Translations under genes and position numbers: made by a program
Source of the DNA: Chiloscyllium plagiosum
Lineage: Eukaryota
Length of the DNA stretch: 45,113 nucleotides
NCBI RefSeq assembly: GCF_004010195.1
Contig: NC_057751.1
Coordinates: 17,486,435 to 17,531,547 of the forward strand
Reading direction: 5' to 3'
The notes under the pieces: model-generated
What the model saw: the letters and a program-made list of their open reading frames with translations, nothing else
What the model was told of the DNA's origin: nothing
The model's database searches: none
Shown: positions 1-11,399 of the stretch, one piece after another
Position numbering within the stretch: position 1 is the stretch's first letter
Layout of the letters: each line of letters begins with the position of its first letter

Positions 1-770
1 TGCCAATCTCCTGCTATCTCCCAGATTTTCGCAGTACATACCCGTCCAGAAAGGTCAGTGCAATGCATATTCTCCACAGCAAAAACGATTGTTTTCAATT
101 ACTTCTCCAGAGTTGATATCTGATTTTGTATTCGTTTGTGCATTTTATAATGCTTCCGTCTACAAAGACAGATATGGAGTATTTGTTCAATATCAACACC
201 AAATCCTCCTTGCAATTATTAATACCCCAGTTCCACCTTGCATAGATGAATAATTCCTTTCTCTGCTGTCATTGTTTCTTTTTCATGTAGGAACTCTTTT
301 CGAAATATTACTTGCCAGTATATATATGCATCCTACTTTCTGCACTCCCCATTCCTGCATCTTTTTTTCAAATCATCATTTGCTCGTTTAAAATTCTTTC
401 CAATCTTATAAAAGTTAGCTTCACAGCATTGACCTCAACTGTGTCCTCCATGATGCGATCCTTACATTCCATACTTATTCACATATAGTACACCCTATTC
501 GTAATCCTGTGTGTGTTTATGAATGTAATAAAATGTCTTCCTTAACTTCCTGTACTGCTTGTTTAACATGCTAATCTTGCACTTATTGATTTTCTCGTCT
601 AGAGTAACCAACGATTATTTAAGGGCATTGTATTTCCTTTAAGTAAGATTAAGACACCAGGTTCCAACTTATGTTTCTCACTCTCAAACCACGTGTCATT
701 TCATCATGTTATGACCACTCATGAGAAGTGCATCCGTTAAGACTTTCTCGTGTTTGTACTCATGCAGCCT
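1..770 (-). mobile_element. Highly decayed CR1 LINE ORF2 fragment
   Basis: Antisense CR1-like wording; ttatgaccactc (~709-720) is the reverse complement of a degenerate endonuclease SDH motif; no ORF left. Confidence 0.4.
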
Positions 771-970
771 TCCACACATGGGAAATTATACAAAATCATA
801 GGTATTGGCTCCGGAATCATGTACCAATGCAAAGAGATGAATTCTCAGGTGAAAGGGCCAGGCGAAATAAGTTTGGTTGACAGGTGTCAGCATATCAGAC
901 CATAAGCCATATTGATTGCAGCGAAAATTATTCAGTATACGTTTCTGGTGGAGAAAAACTTCAATTGGTC

Positions 971-1872
971 TCAACATTTAATATATTTAACAATTTGAGC
1001 AAACGGATATTTCATCATATTCTTCAACTGCTCTCTGAACTTTTGATGCGTCACAACATAAATCACAGAGTTTGTGCAGCAACTGAGCATTTGGAGCATG
1101 TAGCCCAAATCCATGACAAAAAAAGGCAGCGATTTAGACTGATATCCCAAAAATACCATTCGTGAACTGATGGAAAACACCATTGATACTGACCATAACA
1201 ATATGAAATTGCCTGAGATGAGAAACAACAAAATGATAGAGTTTCGTCGATTCTTCATCTCTGGGTCTGTGACTCTCTTTCTGTTGATCTGATGGTGAAG
1301 TCGCCTGCGAGCTTTGCTTGTCACCACAATGTATCTGACCGTTAAAGCATTGAAAAAGAGGATGAGAATAAAAGCAACTCCCGGAGTAAGAACATAATGA
1401 ATGAACTCAATTGCCCCCCAGACCGACGAAAGCTTGATATCCATTTTCACCCAACAAAACCAGGGTCTGTTTTTCAGTCGATAACGACCAGTATACACAA
1501 AATACCAAGAAATGTTCTTCAAACAGCTCAATACAGTCACTGTGCCCAGAACCACTGCCGTTGTTTTCATTTTGCAAAAGTTGGTTTTCAGATTTGAACA
1601 ACAAATGGTAACAAATCGTTCAAAGGTGAAAGTGCTGGTGAACCAAACAGAGCAGTCAGTGGCTGCATAAAGTAAGATAGCATGGATATTGCACACGGGG
1701 ATTGTGTGTAAGATGTGATACCGTTCCTTATAGACGAATAGAATGTGTCGCAATATGAGATCAACGATAATGACCAGAAGATCTGCCGTTGCCATGGCTA
1801 GCAGGTAGTGAGTAATACGTTGGCAGAGACCACTCTTCCCCCGGGACAGGATCACAATTGTTGCTATGTTAG
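971..1872 (-). CDS. Class A orphan GPCR, GPR139/GPR142-like (shark-expanded type), coding exon 2 (end of TM1 to C-terminus)
   Basis: Open frame with TM2 LAMATADLLV, TM3 Cys and DRY-equivalent FTFERF, TM5 Pro (LTPG), TM7 SCCTNSVIY (NPxxY variant) and helix 8 FREQL. Acceptor TTTACTTTCCTCACAG|CT at 1873/1872; stop TGA at 973-971. Confidence 0.93.
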
Positions 1873-2831
1873 CTGTGAGGAAAGTAAACAATGAATTTAT
1901 AGATTCTGCTCAGAGAAAATGTAACAATTTTTCTTAGCACTGATAGAGATGTGCACGTGTTTTTACTGGACTGAGGGTCATGCGCTGGAGCCACGTACTG
2001 ACATTCAACGATCTGACCACGTGAAACATAAGTTGAGATAAAGATTGCCGTCGGCTGAAACGTTTCATATAGTTGGAACAAATATTGTAGCAAATAATAC
2101 AAATGGCGTGAGGTAAGTTTGATTTGTGGAATTCAACACTCAGATTCATCAGTGAAGATTCATGACCCAGCTTCGATAGTACGTGTGTTTCCCTGGATCA
2201 GTGATCTCCTTCCCCTAATAATTAGGGAGTGCACCTGGGTGATTGGCGACTATTGAAATGCTGATTTGTTACCCGTGACCCAATGTGGGAGTTATGAGAA
2301 AAGGTTAATTTATTAATTCTCGTCTTTTCGAAAGCAGAATGTGTTAACAAGTCTTTATGGAGACCTTATATTATGTTTCAGTCAGGTGTGATAGAAACAT
2401 TCCCAATTGTTGGAATGTTTGCAACATAAACATTATCCAAGAAATTGAAAACATCCAGGGCAACCGATCGACTCTACTGGAACCATATAACAAAAGAGAC
2501 TTTTGTGCCCTCCATCACTGAGCCTTAGTAGCTCTAGTATGGATAATCCACACGATGCCCTGAAGTTACCACTTAGTGGTAACCTTTCTATCCATCAAAG
2601 TGAACCAACAACAGGATAAGGTCTTCAGATGTACCAGAAATGATCAGACGCTGAGTCTCCTATCTCAGCTCTTCATTAAAGCTTTTACACATTTTCTGGT
2701 GTTTCTGATAGACATCATCTTCAGTGTGCAGGATATTGTAACAAAAGGTACCACTGGTTCTCAGAGCTACTGTCAAGAATGCAAATTGTGAACACGTTGA
2801 ATTTGAAACATTGATTCTGTTTCGTGATCCA

Positions 2832-3180
2832 ATGTGGCTCATTGGTTTGCACTTCCACCTCACAGCATCACGAATTCGGGTTCAATTCAACCTTCAGACG
2901 ACTGCCTGTGTGAAATTTGCAGGTGTTCGCTGTGTCTGCATGGCTTCTGACAATTGCTCTGGTTTCCTACCGCAGTGCAAGGATATGCAGTATTTGTACT
3001 TTAGCTGTGCTACATTGCCCTGTAGGGTCCAGGACAGTGCACACTATATAGAATAACCACGTTTATTTCGGGTTTACAGGAACACATTGGGGTACAGGGT
3101 TTGAGTATTGATGAGATGCTCTTCAGAGGATCAGTCCAAATCTCATGGGTCAATTGTCCTCTCCTGCGATGTCGGGATTC
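2832..3180 (+). mobile_element. HE1/V-SINE (tRNA-derived shark SINE), decayed, in the GPCR intron
   Basis: tRNA-like head (gtggctcattggtttgcac...gggttcaattc) followed by a V-domain (ctgtgtgaaatttgca...tgctctggtttcctacc) and a CR1-like tail. Confidence 0.8.
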
Positions 3181-3661
3181 TTTGATTCAATGTTTCAAAC
3201 CTATAGCATATCTCCAGCTGTCTCAGCTTGTTCTTGGCAATTGTAAAAGTAGATTTCAGGAGAATGTACCAACGTCTCGCACCCCAAGGCATTTGAGTGA
3301 ACGAGTCACATTTGATTGGGGTGAATTTGCTATGATTGACCTTTTAATGAGTGTGTGATGAAGCCACAGTTAAGCAATGACATTTGTAACTAACAGCAGA
3401 TATGATGATATTCAGCGAGCAAATTCTTCAACTGCGTGGATGTCAAATAGTCAGTGATTAATCACAAACGACTCTAAGATAGTAAGTGTTTTCAGGGCTA
3501 ATAGTGGGATACAGAGATTCTTCACTGGTGCCAAATTGCAGAGAGTAAACGACAAACACAGTTATGCATTCACCAATGGTTTGTATAATGAGCACGAACC
3601 GCTGCAAGGTCTGCACAGTTTAAATTCCACAGTGTAAATAATCGAAATTGGAAAGACTTAC

Positions 3662-3926
3662 CAGGGATGCCAAAAATTGCGAGAATGGGATAATAAATGA
3701 ATTGAATGATCTGAAGTGCCCATCGAATGCGATGTTTTAGTAACATCTGATCGAAATTTGCTGAAAAATAACTTATCGTCTCAAAGAAACCCCTCTCCAC
3801 TACTTTATCATTCCAGTCTATTGTTCTGACATTCAGAACCATTGCTGTACCATTGCAATCTTCTGTCCTCACATCCTCTACTGTTGTATTGCAATTCCAG
3901 TAATTTTCTCTTGGAATCCACTTCAT
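3662..3926 (-). CDS. GPR139/GPR142-like GPCR, coding exon 1 (N-terminus and start of TM1)
   Basis: ATG at 3926-3924 with an upstream in-frame TAG at 3983-3981. Encodes ...IIQFIYYPILAIFGIP; donor CCTG|GTAAGT at 3662/3661. The phase-1 join G|CT gives IPANIATIVILSRGK. 265+902 = 1167 nt = 388 aa plus stop. The start could be a downstream Met. Confidence 0.88.
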
Positions 3927-3974
3927 TGTTGTTACAATCCAATCTATTGTCGCCAGACTCCAATCCGTTGCTGC
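3807..3974 (-). repeat. Degenerate 21-bp minisatellite (8 units) spanning the GPCR 5'UTR and N-terminus
   Basis: In-frame heptads AATDWSL/ATIDWIV/TTMKWIP/RENYWNC/NTTVEDV/RTEDCNG/TAMVLNV/RTIDWND. Confidence 0.7.
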
Positions 3975-4069
3975 AGCTTCCTAATGAACTATTCACAGAT
4001 TGCGATATCTAATATCTCTCTCTTTCTCTACTTCTCTCTGTTGCTACGGAGCATTGAAAAATGTGTCAC

Positions 4070-4076
4070 ATAAATA
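4070..4076 (-). promoter_or_regulatory. Possible TATA-like element of the GPCR
   Basis: Minus-strand TATTTAT ~145 nt upstream of the ATG, followed by a GA-rich leader. Positional evidence only. Confidence 0.25.
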
Positions 4077-4604
4077 GATGTGTATCCCACTTCAGTAACG
4101 TAATTATGATTCATCAAGACTGATATTAGTGATGGTGACTAAACAAACAGATGTAGTTAACTGCTTTCGATCGAACACCCTCTGAATCACAGAAAATAAT
4201 ATGTTTATCCAGGAAAGATATGAAGTTTGCTGAGGAAACATTAAAATGTTTACAATTATATTAGTCATGAGTCGGAGTTTGGGAGACTCTGGAACAGTAC
4301 AAATGTACAGCTATGTTTCAAAAGGGAAGAACATTGAGACTATGCAGTTTACCATGTTTTAAGATGCCGGACAAGTCTCCAGGACATAAGGCAAGGGGTT
4401 ATGTAATGGGAAGGAAGTAGTGGGCCAATGTTTAGAAAAGAAAAGGATATACGTGGGCATATACCCCAATGCAGATGCTGCCACCCTAAACCTAGCAACA
4501 CCATCATCCAATTCCCGATCATGGCTGCTCATGTACCAGACATTGTTCCTTGATGCAATAGTCATTAGATATCTATCAATTCTCTCTTAGACTTAATATA
4601 CAAA

Positions 4605-4865
4605 CACTACAGAGTGCAAACAGGCACTTCAACCCAACATATCTGAAGAGTAATCTATCCAGACCCATTCCTCTACCTTATTGTTCTTTATTTATACCTG
4701 ACTAATGCACCTAGTCTTACACGTCTCTGAACACTATGGGAAATTTAGCACGACCAATTCACCTAACCTGCACATATTTGTATTGTGGGAGGAAACCGGA
4801 GCACCCGGAGGAAACCCACACAAACACGGGGCGAATGTGCAAACTGCACACAGACAGATGCCACT
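4605..4865 (-). mobile_element. HE1/V-SINE, 5'-truncated
   Basis: ggaggaaaccggagcacccggaggaaacccac and aatttagcacgaccaattcacctaacctgcaca are reverse-complement V-domain signatures. Confidence 0.9.
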
Positions 4866-5439
4866 GCTAACCTCTGAACCAGAGTTCCACCACGGTAATT
4901 AAACTTTCACAGTATTTTCAGGGCAAAATTCCAATGTTTCATTATCCTCTGTGGGAATAATTTACCCCCTTCATCAATTTAATTTTTTTGTTTTCAGCAT
5001 TGCCCCCGAATCTAAACCACTCAGCTGGCAATTCATCCCTTCTACATCGGTTGTCCATCCATTGAAGATCTTTGTACGATTCTAAAGCTTCAGCCTTCCA
5101 TTCCTCTAAACCCCAAACAATCCAGCTTCTTCACTGACAGTCTAAGAATTCAAATAATCTATCCAGTGAAATTCAGCTGCACTGTTTCTATATTAAGTTA
5201 CTTTGGCGAGAGGAACAGAGCTGCACAAAATACTCCATACGATGTCTCACATCATTGAACAAAGCATCTTTGCTCCCGTTGTCAACTTCGCTTGTGATAA
5301 TGCTAAGCAGCACGCTCCTTTACCAAAGTGCTTACTCTACTGCATGCTGTTTTTCAGTGAAACATCAATAAGGCCACTTGCAGAAGGAATGCCAATGCAG
5401 CCATATTAGCCGGAGAATGATAGAGCACGTGAGAGGTAT

Positions 5440-6460
5440 AGAAAACTAAATTGCATCTAATTTCATGCAAGGAAATTGACATGTAAAGCAAAGAATCTTA
5501 GATTATTGGTCAGAACGTAAGAGTGTGCTATTGTTGTCATAACTCAAATGTGATTAACGGAACGGTGGCTTATAAAGCTCAACATTCCAGGGTACACAAT
5601 TTACAGCTGTGCTTGGGGTAAAGCTGATGAAAGAGCTGTGGGCATTGCATACTTGAAAAAAAGAAACCATCGCTGCAATAATGAAGGAGGACAATCGAGA
5701 AGAGTCCTCAAATGAGGCGATCTGGGTAGATTTTTATAAATAAAAGGTAGGGTCGATATATCTGCTGCATCTTTTCTGAAGTACTTGGAACATTAAGAGG
5801 GAGAGAGAAGAGTAGATTGTAAGTTAATTAAAGAACGATATGAGAGCAGTAGGTGTATAATTATACAAATGTAGGCAATTTAAAATTTGCTGATATTAAC
5901 TGCGTTTCCCTTAGTGTAAAGTTATTACAGGGAATGGGTTTTCTAAATGGCATTCAGGAGAGATTTTAATTCCAAGAAGTGGATAATCCAACTACAAATG
6001 GGACAGTGCTAAGTCTAATGCAAGTGAATGTGCCCACTCAAGTATGCAAGCATTTTGGGGATAGTGACCATAATTCTGTAAGTATCAACATCATTGTGGA
6101 AGCAGATAAGGAGAGTGCAGACACGAAGTATTTAAATCGAGTGAAGGTCAATTTCAATGTCATGGGACAGGATCGGGAAAGCATCAACTGGGAACAGTTA
6201 TTTCCTGTTACATCGACATTTGAAAATGTAGGATAGTGAGAATCAAGCAACAATGTAATGATCTGAAAGTGAAGGATAAGGACAGTATGTCCTCGGAATG
6301 CGGGTCATCAGGGTATATTCATAGTTAAGGAAGAAAATATGCAAACATGTATCGAATGCAGCACAGTAAAATATAAAAAGGAAAAGCCCTTCAGATGTGT
6401 TAAGAAGTGTATTGCAATTGCAAAAGACCAAAATTAGAATAACATAGAGGAAGCAAAAAA
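5440..6460 (+). mobile_element. CR1 LINE ORF2 apurinic endonuclease remnant
   Basis: Fragmented motifs NIPGY, EAIWV, DNPT and HFGDSDHNSV (ORF 5979..6236). Confidence 0.8.
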
Positions 6461-6464
6461 TATG

Positions 6465-7172
6465 AACATAGAATCTTCCCGCATATTACAGGCCTTTCGC
6501 ACTCGATGTTGCGTTAACACATGGAACTAATCTGAAGGTCATTGAATCGGCACTATTCCATTTTTGTCCATATGACCATCCAATGGCCATTTAAACATCC
6601 TTAAAATCTGCGAGTCCACTGCTGTTGCAGGCAGTGCGTTCCATGCTCCAACTACTCTCTGACGAAAGGAACTCCTCTGACCTCTATCTTATCTCGATCA
6701 CCCCTCAATTTAAAACTGTGTCCCCTCGTGCTTGCCATCGTTATCCGAGTAAGAAAGATTCTCACTGGCCAAACTATCTAACCATCAGATTATCTTATAT
6801 CTCTCAATTAAGTCATCTCTCAACGTTTTTACTCTCCAACAAAAACCGCCTCATGTTCCTCATCCCTCGCTCGTAAGACCTTCCATCCATACCAAGTAAC
6901 ATCCGAGTAAATCTCCTCTGAACACTTGCCACAGCTTCCACATCTTTCCTAGAATGCAGTGATCAGAACTGTGCACAATACTCCAAATGTGGCCGCACTA
7001 GACTTTTGTACAGCTGCAGCATGATCTCATGGTTCCAAATCTCAATCCATATACCAATTAAAGGTAACACACCCATATACCTTGTTAACAACCCTATCAA
7101 TCCAGGTGGCAATTATCAGAGATCCATGTACCTGTACACCGAGATCTCTCTGCTCATCTACACTACCAAGAA
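6465..7172 (-). mobile_element. CR1 LINE 3' end
   Basis: Reverse complement gives LVRPHLEYCAQF followed by CR1 3'UTR/tail sequence. Confidence 0.85.
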
Positions 7173-7174
7173 TC

Positions 7175-7575
7175 AGACGGGCCTATGGGCTGAGAAGTGG
7201 TAGATGAAGTTTAATTTAGATAAATGCGGGGTGCTGCATTTTGGTCAAACGAATCTTAGCAGGACTTATTCACTTAATGGTAAGGTCTGATGGAGTGTTG
7301 CTGCAAAAACAAATCTTGGAGTGCAAGTTCCTAACTCCTTGAAGGTGGAGGGACAGGTAGGTTGGATAGTGAAGAAGCTTTTTTTGTATGCTTTCCTTTA
7401 TTGGTAAGTGTATTGAGTACAGGATATAGGAGGTCACGCTGTTGATGTACAGACAAAAATATCTTTCGGCGAGGAGGAGGAGGGTTGGGGTCGGGGAGTC
7501 CATAAGCAGCGTACATAGGTTTAGTGTGAGAATGGAAAGATATTGTGGTGCAGGCTCGATCTGCTGAATGGTCAA
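7175..7575 (+). mobile_element. Internally deleted CR1 3' fragment
   Basis: WAEKW*MKFNLDKCGVLHFG; the junction tgtac|agacaaa skips the RPHLEY region. Confidence 0.8.
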
Positions 7576-7604
7576 ATTTGTGTTTCTCTGTTGGGGTATA
7601 CAAC

Positions 7605-8231
7605 CTGTCGAGTAAACATGAGAAACCGCAGAAAGTCATGGTTATTGAAATAAATTGAACTCATATTTATGCTATAGCTTGAGCTTTAATTGAAGAGCTG
7701 CTACGGCAGTCCTTGAGTTTCCAAAATTCTGGCATATGACAGGAAATGTGAGTAATTCTCGAAAATAGAGGTGGAGGAAATCCGGAACTGTCATCAATAA
7801 ATCATCCAGCGCAAAACGCACCTTATTGTAAGTGTGCTTTCCTTTTTTGTCGTTTTTGAATATACGTTTTAAACGAGTTTTCAAAAAACCCGCAGATGAA
7901 TGCGGGGCAACTGACGTTATGGCTGTATAGCCTATGGCCATTGGCCAATAAAGTTCAGTCAATTGTCCAGCACAGAGAAAGTAGCACAATCCTAGAAATA
8001 TGAATCGTCAATAACTACTCAGATAGGAATATATCAGTTTAGGAGGCGCCAGAAGAAGATGGCAAGAGCTATTTTGATTCGATGCTGAAATAACCACGCT
8101 GGAGTAGAGGAAGTTAAGGAACGAAGCTACATTCTTCGAAGACTGTGCATGGGCCGACAACTCATGAGTTGATGTAGAACACAGGAGTTGAGAAAATGCA
8201 CTGTGCCTGGTTGAATTCCACGCTGGGTGAT
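7605..8231 (-). pseudogene. Pseudo-exons 15-17
   Basis: SPSVEFNQAQCIFSTPVFYINS*VVGPCTVFEECSFVP*LPLLQR | GQLTELYWPMAIGYTAITSVAPHSSAGFLKTRLKRIFKNDKKGKHTYNK | NYSHFLSYARILETQGLP*QLFN*SSSYSINMSSIYFNNHDFLRFLMFTRQ. Donors G|GTTATT, AAG|GTGCGT, CAG|GTTGTA. The exon-16 acceptor is TG instead of AG. Confidence 0.65.
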
Positions 8232-8589
8232 CTGTACAGGCACCGAGAATCGAGTGGATTCAGGGTAGGAGAGAGCATGATTCTGTCAGTTTTTTGAGAG
8301 AGAAGTCTTCTCCAGACAGATGGAAGATGGACCAGAATGAGAGGAGGAAATTGAGGGAACAGTTCTTGAACGATTCAGCGATAGACCATCACACTGCTCC
8401 CACCAGCTCAACAAGACTGAAAATACTGCCCCTGCAGACTGTTAGTCCTTTGATCCCAAACTTGATTAACTATCAGAAAATTGCAGTGAACTGTCGACCG
8501 CCTATACTGGAATCATGGAATTATACAACTGAGAAAGAAACCCTTTGACTCACCATACCAATGCTGATCAACTAACACAAAATGTAGGC

Positions 8590-9330
8590 CATGTCTGGTT
8601 AGACACTTCCAATCATGAAAAGAACCCACACCCACACATTTGGTCTCCCAATTGCAAGCCGAGTTTGGATCCAGTTATCCGAATTACTTTGGATCCTAAC
8701 CACATTTCCTTTTGGACCAGACTTCCACGTTGCCATCTTTTCAAATGCCGGACTGAAGCCCATTAAAACCATATCAACTTTACCAACGTCATCAATATAG
8801 TCAGTCACTTTTTAAAACAAAAGTCCATTAAATTAGTCAGACAGAATCTCCCTGTACTAAATCGATGTTGAATATCTCGGATCCACCGCGACCTTCCCAA
8901 CTATTGATTAGTCTGTCCATCAAAGACTTTTTTCTAAAACAGTCGAACAATACGTGGCCTACCTTTGCTTCCCATTGTGAAGGAATGAAGCATATTTGCG
9001 ATCCTCCAACCATCTAGCACTTCACCTGTGCCCAGAAAAGTATAAAATATTCCCGGGCATGTCCCAAAATTCCTTCCCTTACTTCCCATGGAAGCTTGTG
9101 ACACATCTCATCAGACACTGGACATTTATGCATCTTGCTGCTTACTAAACGATCTAATGTTTCCTCCTGACAAATTTTAACATGCTGGATTCAAAATGAA
9201 ACATCCCGCTTCATTTTCTTTCTCCTCTGCGAATATAGATGATAAATAATCATTTACAAACCTCATCCACGTCCTCTGGCTTCAAACACAGATTTCTCCT
9301 TTGGTCTCTGAGAGGAACACACTTTTCCGA
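8590..9330 (-). mobile_element. CR1 RT remnant
   Basis: Minus strand gives VDMVLMGFSPAFEK (degenerate YLDFSKAFDK) and NWIQ. Confidence 0.7.
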
Positions 9331-9399
9331 GTTATCTTCTTAACAGTAAATAAACTAATAACGTGCCTTAGGGATTGCACTAATCCTACGTACCAAAGA

Positions 9400-10755
9400 C
9401 ACATTGAAATTTGGAGCTTATTTAACGACCAGCTACTGCAAGTCCTTGGTAAGTACCTACTAGTCAGGCAGGGAAGACGTAGTGGAGCATGGGAGCCATG
9501 ATTAGTAAAGAAGTTGAATTTCTTGTGAAGAGGAAGAAGGAGGCATACGTTAGGGTGAGGTGTGATGGCTCTGTTAGGGCGTTTGAGAGTTACAAGTTAT
9601 CCTGACAAGACCTAAAGAGGGAGCTAAGAAGAGCCAGGAATGGACATGAGAATTCATTGGCTTATGGAATCAAAGAAAACCTTGTGGCTTTCTATAGGTA
9701 TATCAGGAATAAAAGAATGACTCGAGTAATATTAGGGCCAATCAAACATCGTGGTGGAAAGTTGTGCGTGGTGTCAAAGACGTTAGGGAAAGTGCTAAAT
9801 TAATACTTTTCGTCAGTATTCACGCTAGATAAGGACAATGTGGTAAAGGAGAATACTGATATACAATCTACGACACAACATGTGATTGGGGTGCCCAATG
9901 ACGAGGTGTTAGCAAATGTGAAAAGTGTGAAAATAGATAAGACCCCTGGACCGATGGGATTTAACTCAGGATTGTCTGGGAAGCCAGGTAAGAGATTGCC
10001 GAGCCTTTAGCTTTGGTCTTTTTGACGTCATTGTCTACAGGAATAGGGCCAGAATACTGGAGGATAGCATTGGTTATCCCCTTGATCAAGAAGAGGAGTA
10101 GAGGCAATCCTGGAAAGTATAGGCCAGTAAGCCTTACTTCAATTGTGGCGAAAGTATTGGAAAGTGTTATAAGAGGCAAGATTGAAATCATCCAGAAAAG
10201 AACAAGTTGATTTCGGATAGTCAGCACGGTTTTGTGTAGGAAAGATCATGCCTTACAAACTTCATTGAGTTATTTGAGAAGGTGAACAAATAGATGGATG
10301 CGTTTAAAGCAGTTGATGTGGTGTATATTCAGTGAGGCGTTTGATAAGGTTCCCCATGGTAGGCTATTGCACAAAATATTGAGGTATATTATTGAGTGTG
10401 CTTTAGCGGATTGGATCAGAAATTGGTTAGCTGAAAGAAGACAAAGGGTGGTGGTTGATGGGAAATATTCAACCTGGAGTTCTGTCACTAGTGGAATGCT
10501 ACAAGGATCTGTTTTGGGTCCACTTTTCTTTGTCATTTTTAAAAATGAATTGATTAAGGGCAGGGAAGAATGGGTTTGTAAATTTGTGGATGACACTCAG
10601 GTCGGCAGAGTTGCGTTTATTGATGAAGGATGTTCTAATTTGCAGAGAAGCACAGGTAAACTGTAGATCTGGCCTGAGTTGGGCAAATAGAGTTTAATGC
10701 GGAAGTAGGAGAGGTGGTTTTCGATGGAAGCAGTAACAGGAGTACAGATTACTGA
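9400..10755 (+). mobile_element. CR1 LINE ORF2 reverse transcriptase (disrupted)
   Basis: YRPVSLTS, EAFDKVPH, QGSVLGP and KFVDDT motifs. Confidence 0.92.
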
Positions 10756-10756
10756 A

Positions 10757-11395
10757 CGAATAGAGTCATGCAGTCAAAGAAATGTGCAGCACAGAAAGCA
10801 GCCCTTCAGACCAACTCGTCCATGCCAACCAGATATCCCAAACCAATCTCGTCCCAACTGTCAGTACCCGACTTTTATTGCTCAAAAACCTTCCTATTGC
10901 TATACCCATCCAGATGCCTTTTAAATAGCGCAATTAAAGTAGACTGCAACACTTCCGCTGGCCGCTCATTACATACATGTACCAATGTCTGTGTGGAAAG
11001 GTTTCCCCTTTGGTTCCCTTTTGTGTCTTTCCACTGTCACACTAAACCTATGCACGCTGGTTCTGGACTCCCCGCTCCTCCCCACCCCCACCTCCACCCC
11101 CTCAGAGAAGATACTTTGTCTGTACAGCCACAACATGACCTCCGAACTCCTGTACTTAATACTCCGAACAATAAAGAAAAGCATACCAAAAATGTTCTTC
11201 ACTATCCTATCTACTTGCGCCTCAACTTTCAAGGAGCTGTGAACCTGCACTCCACGTCACTTTGGTCAGCAACACTCCATCGGACCTTACCATGAAGTGG
11301 ATAAGTCCCTCTAAGATTTGCTTGACCAAAATGCAGACGCTCATATTTATTTAAATTAAACTCCATCTGCCACTTCTTAGCCCACTGGTCCGTCT
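10757..11395 (-). mobile_element. Internally deleted CR1 3' end
   Basis: CR1 tail at ~10760, and the same deletion junction (ctgtac|agacaaag) as 7175-7575. Confidence 0.85.
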
Positions 11396-11399
11396 GATT

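Noticed and set aside
1873..1891. ORF-track start MFTFLT for the GPCR
   Set aside because: The codon is TTG inside the intron polypyrimidine tract; the real N-terminus is in exon 1.
2584..2770. Possible further pseudo-exon inside the GPCR intron (TTCTTGACAG| ... AAG|GTTACC)
   Set aside because: Two frames are equally plausible, both have stops, and it is separated from the chain by GPCR exon 1; cannot be assigned without a search.
7905..7950. TGACGT plus ATTGGCCAAT (CRE/CCAAT-like promoter)
   Set aside because: Lies within pseudo-exon 16 (YWPMAIGY...TSV); better explained as former coding sequence.
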